Below are positions 18,756-24,418 of a DNA stretch of 24,418 nt, piece after piece (position 1 is the stretch's first letter; each line of letters begins with the position of its first letter). Origin of the DNA: a virus (taxonomy: Duplodnaviria > Caudoviricetes); the IMG/VR virus record IMGVR_UViG_3300017780_002068, positions 1 to 24,418 of that record. One strand, written 5' to 3'. The notes under the pieces were generated by a model. That model did no database searches. It was not told the DNA's origin and saw nothing but the letters and a program-made list of their open reading frames with translations. The position numbers and the translations under genes are program-made.

Positions 18756-19598
18756 TTAGAAAGGAAGGTCTTCGTCTACTTCAGCCTCATCCTGTGGGTC
18801 AACCACTGGTGTTGAAACTTTTTGTGTTCCGATAGTTTCTTCATTTGAAGAATTTGAAACCCATTTTTTTGATTCGTTATCCCAACGTGGAATTTCACCT
18901 TTAGCGACCATTTCTAAGTAGTCTTCACTTTTCTTAGAATAAACGTCTGACCAAGTCAATTCGTCTTCTAACCAAGTTTTAGCCACATTTTCATCTTCGT
19001 GTAAAGGACCCATATCTTCAGGAATTACTGAATTGATAGATGTGTACTCTTTACCTGTACCCGCTTTAGTTAAGGTCAAAGAAATAATTAAATCACGTCC
19101 TTTTTGAGTTTCAGTAACGTCACCTTTGTTTTTAAAGATTGGGAAGATTTTATCTAAGATACCATCTCCTTTAGCGTTGTGTTTAAATCTCCAAAATTTT
19201 GGACCGTCTTGTTCTTGGTCGCGATCGATAACTTTTACGATATAGAATTTACGTGCACGGTATTGACGAGCCAATTCTCTGTCAGACTCAACACCTGTCA
19301 TCATTAATCCTTCGTGAACCTCATTTAATGGGGAACGTTTACCTTCTTGTTTTGGGTCGTATAATTTAACCCATTTTCCGTCCACCTGAACTTCGTGGAA
19401 GTACACCTCTTTAAATGGAGATGAACCGTCTGGTGTAGGAAGAATACGAATTCTTCTCTCTTCACCTTTTGAACCTTTAGGAAGTATCGTTACGAAATAC
19501 TTCTTCATTCTATCCTCTTGGGATACTCTGTTTGCATTGCCACTTGTGGCGTTCTTGTTTTTCTCGTACTGTGCTAGTACTGCATCAAATGTTGACAT
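18756..19598 (-). CDS. Single-stranded DNA-binding protein, T4 gp32-like (280 aa)
   Basis: RIRILP...PFKEVYFH...GKW, RKFYIVKVIDR, GRDLII and an acidic C-terminal tail ending DEDLPF. First gene of the replication/recombination cassette. Confidence 0.85.
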   Translation of the reverse strand: MSTFDAVLAQYEKNKNATSGNANRVSQEDRMKKYFVTILPKGSKGEERRIRILPTPDGSSPFKEVYFHEVQVDGKWVKLYDPKQEGKRSPLNEVHEGLMMTGVESDRELARQYRARKFYIVKVIDRDQEQDGPKFWRFKHNAKGDGILDKIFPIFKNKGDVTETQKGRDLIISLTLTKAGTGKEYTSINSVIPEDMGPLHEDENVAKTWLEDELTWSDVYSKKSEDYLEMVAKGEIPRWDNESKKWVSNSSNEETIGTQKVSTPVVDPQDEAEVDEDLPF

Positions 19599-19626
19599 AA
19601 TTGTTTTTTTTAAAGTTATAAACTGT

Positions 19627-19648
19627 TATAGATAAAATATAGATAAAA
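19627..19648. repeat. Exact 11-bp tandem duplication TATAGATAAAA x2 in the SSB leader
   Basis: 19627-19637 and 19638-19648 are identical, and the second copy overlaps the terminator U-tract. Confidence 0.75.
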
Positions 19649-19673
19649 AAAGCCGGATTACGAAATCCAGCTT
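19645..19673 (-). terminator. Intrinsic terminator after the ferritin-like gene
   Basis: The - strand reads AAGCTGGATT-TCGT-AATCCGGCTT then TTTTT. The single non-Watson-Crick pair is a G-U wobble only in the - strand RNA, supporting this orientation. Confidence 0.85.
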
Positions 19674-19703
19674 AAAGTTTTTTAAAAAAAGTTTTTTGGT
19701 TTT

Positions 19704-20075
19704 TTACTCCAATGTTAAAAGATAAGATAATTTATTTAATTCTCCTAACATTTCGTCACGAATGTTTAATAAGTCGGTATCTGATGGTTCAAATTGTTCT
19801 GACATCTGTACTAAAGATTCTCTAACTGTATTAACTAATCCTTTCATATCTAATTCCGAAAGATTACTCAATTGAATTGATTTAGTTTCATCATCTAAAG
19901 TAAATCTACCATATTTTCCCATTGCAGACTCAACAAATCTATCGATTAAATCACTTAATGAATCGTTAAATCCACCAAATGCGTTGTGCCTAGCATACCC
20001 TTTGGTCTGCCAATGGTTAATCTTCATTTGTATTTGTAAACCTAATAAAAAGTTTACATTAGAACTTAAATTCAT
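19704..20075 (-). CDS. Ferritin/Dps-like four-helix-bundle protein (DUF5856-like), 123 aa
   Basis: HWQTKGYARH...DRFVE gives H21-W22, H30, D45 and E49, with Dps-like H-to-D (15) and D-to-E (4) spacing. C-terminal LLNIRDEMLGELNKLSYLLTL. Confidence 0.75.
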   Translation of the reverse strand: MNLSSNVNFLLGLQIQMKINHWQTKGYARHNAFGGFNDSLSDLIDRFVESAMGKYGRFTLDDETKSIQLSNLSELDMKGLVNTVRESLVQMSEQFEPSDTDLLNIRDEMLGELNKLSYLLTLE

Positions 20076-20688
20076 TTTCTTCTTGGTCTGAGTTAAAGGA
20101 CGTTTTTATGGTATCTGGTGAGTAGTCTTGAACGTCTTGTTTTGTTAAAACGTACTCATTTTTACCAGAAGCTCTCATTTCACCTTGTTTTTGGTTAAAG
20201 AAATCATTAGGTCTTTGATTGAATGGATAAGAATCCAAAGAACGCATCTCAAGTTTTTCTTGAGGTGTTTCTGGTTTCATTTGTTGTACTTGTGCACCCA
20301 ATTGGTCAATTTTAGCAACCACTTGGTCCATTTCACCTAATTTAGCTTCAAGGTCTGTTAACTTACTGAACACATCGTCCATTTTGTTTAAAACAGATAC
20401 GTGATCTGCTTTATTGTCATCGATATTGTTTTTAATACTTTTAGTCATATTAACTAAATCAGTAATATCAATTTCTTCAGTACCTCCGTCCGCTGGTGCC
20501 GCTCCTGCCGCATCGATTGGAGCTGCAGGATCAACTGGAGCCGCTGGGTCAATAGGTGCTGCGGGGTCGATTGGTGCCGCTGGATCAATAGGTGGTTCTG
20601 GAACTTCTTGTTCCATAATCATCTTAGAACCATATTTGTTGATTTGTCTATAACGCTTCAACTCGTCGTGTAATTTTTTCTCTAACAT
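20059..20688 (-). CDS. Hypothetical protein (209 aa) with a Pro/Ala repeat and coiled coil; possible internal head/scaffold protein
   Basis: Charged N-terminal helix ending IMEQ, then (P[IV]DPAA)x4 plus PIDAAG, then the heptad-rich VFSKLTDLEAKLGEMDQVVAKIDQLGAQVQQM. 17-bp overlap with the downstream gene. Confidence 0.75.
   Translation of the reverse strand: MLEKKLHDELKRYRQINKYGSKMIMEQEVPEPPIDPAAPIDPAAPIDPAAPVDPAAPIDAAGAAPADGGTEEIDITDLVNMTKSIKNNIDDNKADHVSVLNKMDDVFSKLTDLEAKLGEMDQVVAKIDQLGAQVQQMKPETPQEKLEMRSLDSYPFNQRPNDFFNQKQGEMRASGKNEYVLTKQDVQDYSPDTIKTSFNSDQEENEFKF
20503..20592 (-). repeat. Five 18-bp in-frame units encoding PIDPAA-like repeats
   Basis: PIDPAA PIDPAA PIDPAA PVDPAA PIDAAG, with units differing mainly at synonymous positions. 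Confidence 0.9.
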
Positions 20689-20692
20689 AGTT

Positions 20693-20896
20693 TTAATCTT
20701 GTAATAATTGTCTACCGTCGTTGGTAATATATTTTTTATTTATTCTTTCAACTATACCGTCTTTTTCTCTGATAGTGTAACATTCTCCTGTTAACATATC
20801 ACATTCTTCTCTTTCCATTCCATCATTAGAAACATTTTTAACTTGTTTTGGATTTAAGAATTGATTAATACTGTCGTTCATTTTATTATTTTCCAT
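20693..20896 (-). CDS. Small hypothetical protein (67 aa)
   Basis: Fills the gap exactly, has an AAAAATT-ATG start and a TATTTATA motif upstream, and contains CDMLTGEC. Confidence 0.7.
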   Translation of the reverse strand: MENNKMNDSINQFLNPKQVKNVSNDGMEREECDMLTGECYTIREKDGIVERINKKYITNDGRQLLQD

Positions 20897-20913
20897 AATT
20901 TTTAAGATATACC

Positions 20914-20921
20914 TATAAATA
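20914..20921 (-). promoter_or_regulatory. Putative late-promoter motif TATTTATA
   Basis: In the 45-bp intergenic gap, 17 bp upstream of the ATG at 20896. Confidence 0.45.
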
Positions 20922-20941
20922 TCACATTATTCTTAATATTC

Positions 20942-23900
20942 TTATTCAATCGTAAAATAGATAACTCTACCCTCGTGAGTGTTTAATAATTTCATAAGTG
21001 AATCCGATAGGGCTATACCATATCCGTTCACATTTGGTCCTATATTAACTGGTCCCTGAGCTTTAAACGGTGTACCCACTATCGTTCTATTTAAAGAATA
21101 TGATGGGGTTATAGTCTTACTAGTACCGTCATCTGGGTTTAAGAATTTAGTTACACCTGTTCCAATACGGTCGGGGGTAATGTTACTTTGTAATATAAAT
21201 TTAGTTGAATAGAAATTTTCAGTTTTTGAATAATTCTTAAGTTCACCCCAAGTTAACCCACCTTTACCATCTTTATCGGTAACGACTTGATTTTTAAATC
21301 TACTAACAATAGCCATATGGGTATCGTCAGCAATTGGATTTATCTCCGATCCCATTCTAGCAACCACTGCTCTGTACCAATCTCCATCTTTATATTTAAC
21401 CTTTTGAATATATTTCTCATTGTTAAATCCATTATATGGAATACCATATGATGTAATTCCAGACTCCAACAATTGTTCCTCTCCTGATATTTTAATTGTA
21501 CCCTTATCAATTGTAAAATCACCTTTACCTGGAATTGACAACGGTTGTTCTGTTGTTACTGTTCCAGAATTAATTGCGTCTGTTGTTGTTTTCGCCTTTG
21601 TAAGTAATTTATCAAATAGTGACTTATAACTTGAAACGAATGAATCTTCTGGGTCAGGTAGAGTTGCTTGAGGTATCCTACTTCCTTTAAATGTCGTTGT
21701 AATTGAATTATTTCTAATACTATGACTAACTTCTGTAATCCAATATGATCCACGGAACATAGGAATGTTTTTTAAATAAAAGAACATTGTTGGTTGAATC
21801 ATAACATTACCCATACAAGTAACCTCACAACTGTAAGATGCCTGTCTATAATAATCGAATAACCCAATATCAACATTATACGTTCCCGCACCCGATTCGG
21901 ACCTCGCTAAGTTTTCCAACACAACAAAAGATTCTGACGTATTCTTAATTGTGGATTGATCTAAAGTAACGCCTTTAAATATGCTTTGGTTTTGATCACC
22001 AAAGCTAACCTCAAACGCAACCACCTTATTTGATTTTGATAAATTTTCAACGTCAAAAATTTTAGGTAACGTTACAATTAATGGATTGTTATTAACATCT
22101 GATATGTTAAAACTATCATCACTAAATCTATAGTTTTTATTCATATCTGAAGGACGTTTAGATGTAGGTCCCGCAAATTGAACAACGGTTTTGGGGGACG
22201 ATTCTTGGTAATCAACTTCCAAGAATGTTCCAAATAAGTTATTTGCAACTTTATGTGATGGAGTGATTTTACTTGTGGTAGTCAAACCGTTACCGTAAAA
22301 ATTAACATATGCTGGTAACGTTCTCATATCAAAACCACTACCTTGTATTAACATAGATATTGAACTATATAAACTTGCCTTATCGTTTTTAGGGTCTATA
22401 ATTGATGTAAATCTATCTAAGTTCAAGTATGCTTTATCTCCAATATCTTTATTTGCCTTGTCTAAAAATAAGAATTCTTCCATTAACAATCTTTGACCTA
22501 TTGAATTACCAGATGACCATTTATCATTAAATGATTTGAAGAAATTATATAATTCAATTTTTAAATTTCTATTGTTATACCCATCGACAAAATCTATGGA
22601 TTGGATTTGTTCTTTATTTGTTAGTTTTCCAAATTGTTGAATTAATAAACTAATGAATAATTGGTATCTTGAATTTGCTCCTGGGGTTGATGGATACGCA
22701 AATGGTATTACACCTGTTCCAGGTACAAACGTAAAAGGTAATCCGTTTAATATAGTACTACTGATGTAATCTTGGAATATTTTCTTAACGTCTGAACCTC
22801 CCGATTGTCTATATCCCGCATAAATTAATATAAGTGGTCTAAAATTAAGGACATTCTCTTCAGATAATTCAATATTATTTTTTACAAAGAAATCCAAGTA
22901 GTGTCCGTTAATATCTTCCCCAATATAAAGTTCAATATATTTTAAATTTACAGATTGCGTTGAATTGTATTTCTCATATCTCAAAGAATTACCCGAAATG
23001 CCAACAAACCCTTCAATTATGTGTGGGTCTAACTCTTTTGGGTTACCTAATTTTATTTCTAATAAATTACTGTAATCTACAATTTCATCTGTTATATTAA
23101 TTTTGTTTTGTAATTGTCTTTCTTTTATAAGACTTACAATTTCTTCAAACGTTTTACCTTCATCAGATGTTTCTTTTTTTACCGAAAGAAGTCCCTTTAA
23201 TAAATCTTGAAAATTATCATATTTTACTTTAGAAAATTTCTTATATGGAGTTTCTTCGTTTAATTTTTCAGTTGCAAACTGTAAAAATATTTCTTCAAAC
23301 TGTTCTAAAATTTTAGGACTGAATGTTCCGATTAAATCAATAACTTTTTTCTTATTACTATCAATAGAGTATTCTCCACTAATATTTGTATTATATTCGT
23401 TATATTTAAAAAATGTTTTACCACTATAATCTCCATTAATTGGATTATTATCCCATATAGTACTATAATAAATTTGATTTCCTCTATTGTATGTATCGGT
23501 CTTAAAAAAGTTTGTATTTTTATTATCACCATTACAAGGTAATACGGTATATCTTAAATCAGTTGGGTTAAATTTAGAATTATCAACAAAGGATGTCCAA
23601 TATCTTAATCCATTATCCCCGGTCTTTCCTTTTGTTTTTATTGCACCACTTAAAACATTACTATAATAGGAAGTGTTTCCAGAAAGAACATTGTAATGAT
23701 TATATCCATTTACCACTTGATGAAAAATTGCATCGTAGAATGGATGAATACCAACATCAACACTATTACTAAAAGTAGCTCCAGTTGGAATATTTAAAGG
23801 ACCAAGTATGGAGTTTATTGGGTTTGGTATTTGGAAACTACCATTTGAAAATGTTGTAAATTCACTTTCTGTTCTACCTGAATTAAAAAATAAATTAGCG

Positions 23901-24418
23901 TTAATATTTGTTGTTGTTCCTGTTGAATCAAGAAAACCGTCTAAAATATCAACACCATTGATTATTTTATTTTTATATCTGTGATATATTGAACCCCATT
24001 TTACTATTAAATGATATGGTATGTATTGTGTTGATGATATTTCCCTAAATAGAGATGAAACTCTAACAGACGGTAAAAGTGGTGGCGTTGGTGTGACTTG
24101 TTTATCATCAAATTCCTTAAAAGATATCTTATCAGTTAATTCAACAAATGGTAATGAATTTAATAACAAGTATGCTGAACCAACATATTTTGAATATGGA
24201 TTAGTTTTTGTAAAATCACTAAATAATTGTTTATGAAAGTATGGAGTGTTTAATATATGTTCAGTATGTTTTGAAAATACCATTGACTTGGTAAATAAAT
24301 TGTTATACTGTTCATTTTTTGTATACCCACTATTTTCTTTAACCCAATTATATGTTCCAACTGGTGTTGTAATAAATCCTTTATCTTGTCTAACTTTTAA
24401 AACTCCCTTAAACTTAAA
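20942..24418 (-). CDS. Very large putative baseplate hub/tail protein, 5'-truncated (at least 1158 aa)
   Basis: The frame stays open for 45 more codons beyond the track's Met at 24283, to the window end. YSCEVTCMGNVMIQPTMFFYLKNIPMFRGSYWITEVSHSIRNNSITTTFKGSR resembles the C-terminal GxYxIxxVxH barrel of gp27/gpD/VgrG-type hubs. Confidence 0.65.
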   Translation of the reverse strand, partial: FKFKGVLKVRQDKGFITTPVGTYNWVKENSGYTKNEQYNNLFTKSMVFSKHTEHILNTPYFHKQLFSDFTKTNPYSKYVGSAYLLLNSLPFVELTDKISFKEFDDKQVTPTPPLLPSVRVSSLFREISSTQYIPYHLIVKWGSIYHRYKNKIINGVDILDGFLDSTGTTTNINANLFFNSGRTESEFTTFSNGSFQIPNPINSILGPLNIPTGATFSNSVDVGIHPFYDAIFHQVVNGYNHYNVLSGNTSYYSNVLSGAIKTKGKTGDNGLRYWTSFVDNSKFNPTDLRYTVLPCNGDNKNTNFFKTDTYNRGNQIYYSTIWDNNPINGDYSGKTFFKYNEYNTNISGEYSIDSNKKKVIDLIGTFSPKILEQFEEIFLQFATEKLNEETPYKKFSKVKYDNFQDLLKGLLSVKKETSDEGKTFEEIVSLIKERQLQNKINITDEIVDYSNLLEIKLGNPKELDPHIIEGFVGISGNSLRYEKYNSTQSVNLKYIELYIGEDINGHYLDFFVKNNIELSEENVLNFRPLILIYAGYRQSGGSDVKKIFQDYISSTILNGLPFTFVPGTGVIPFAYPSTPGANSRYQLFISLLIQQFGKLTNKEQIQSIDFVDGYNNRNLKIELYNFFKSFNDKWSSGNSIGQRLLMEEFLFLDKANKDIGDKAYLNLDRFTSIIDPKNDKASLYSSISMLIQGSGFDMRTLPAYVNFYGNGLTTTSKITPSHKVANNLFGTFLEVDYQESSPKTVVQFAGPTSKRPSDMNKNYRFSDDSFNISDVNNNPLIVTLPKIFDVENLSKSNKVVAFEVSFGDQNQSIFKGVTLDQSTIKNTSESFVVLENLARSESGAGTYNVDIGLFDYYRQASYSCEVTCMGNVMIQPTMFFYLKNIPMFRGSYWITEVSHSIRNNSITTTFKGSRIPQATLPDPEDSFVSSYKSLFDKLLTKAKTTTDAINSGTVTTEQPLSIPGKGDFTIDKGTIKISGEEQLLESGITSYGIPYNGFNNEKYIQKVKYKDGDWYRAVVARMGSEINPIADDTHMAIVSRFKNQVVTDKDGKGGLTWGELKNYSKTENFYSTKFILQSNITPDRIGTGVTKFLNPDDGTSKTITPSYSLNRTIVGTPFKAQGPVNIGPNVNGYGIALSDSLMKLLNTHEGRVIYFTIE

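Larger units (their letters stand above)
1..24418 (-). mobile_element. Segment of a large T4-like myovirus (probable jumbo phage) genome
   Basis: Densely packed co-oriented genes, including gp25-like and gp6-like baseplate proteins, gp32-like SSB, UvsX/RecA, gp41-like helicase and RNR. No cellular housekeeping context, integrase or att site is visible. Confidence 0.93.

Noticed and set aside
20503-20592. Possible CRISPR-like or VNTR DNA array
   Set aside because: The units are contiguous, in frame, spacer-free and synonymously diverged, so this is a coding repeat.
20914-20921. Exact T4 late promoter TATAAATA on the + strand
   Set aside because: It would fire antisense into the hub-like gene with no + strand gene to serve. 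It is better read as the - strand TATTTAT motif, though antisense activity cannot be excluded.
960-24236. Short + strand ORFs and short alternative-frame - strand ORFs in the track (e.g. 10432..10746, 13215..13535, 18454..18750, 20414..20653, 8119..8337)
   Set aside because: They overlap well-supported - strand genes almost entirely and show no recognisable motifs. They are best read as shadow ORFs; 20414..20653 merely mirrors the PIDPAA repeat.
1-24418. Eukaryotic giant virus or cellular origin, suggested by the eukaryote-like RNR and the DUF5856-like gene
   Set aside because: gp25/gp6 baseplate genes, gp32/UvsX/gp41-like proteins, intrinsic terminators and coupled operons indicate a bacteriophage.
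1-24418. tRNA, rRNA, CRISPR array or stop-codon recoding
   Set aside because: Intergenic gaps are at most ~105 bp and are explained by terminators or motifs. Genes read through fully under the standard bacterial code.

Overview
This AT-rich window is part of a large, T4-like contractile-tailed (myovirus) phage genome, and every credible gene lies on the - strand. In transcription order (right to left) it holds three blocks. (1) A 5'-truncated giant baseplate-hub-like protein, two small putative head or late proteins and a Dps/ferritin-like (DUF5856-type) gene. (2) A terminator-bounded replication cassette: gp32-like SSB, UvsX/RecA, 5'-3' exonuclease, a 149-aa unknown, DnaB/gp41 helicase, nrdB and nrdA. 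(3) A baseplate/virion block: gp25-like and gp6/baseplate-J-like genes plus six uncharacterised, mostly TAATG-coupled genes, the last truncated at position 1. Starts lacking Shine-Dalgarno sequences and a Flavobacteria/eukaryote-type class Ia RNR suggest a Bacteroidota host (inference). The most notable signals are: a strongly enriched [S/T]-G-x-T sequon-like motif in a subset of putative virion proteins; an amicyanin-type copper-binding domain inserted inside a PKD-like domain; a TATTTAT putative late-promoter motif, one copy lying inside a hairpin that would occlude a start codon; and a zinc-free gp32 with a bacterial SSB-type DLPF tail. All family calls come from motif recognition by eye, with no database searches.
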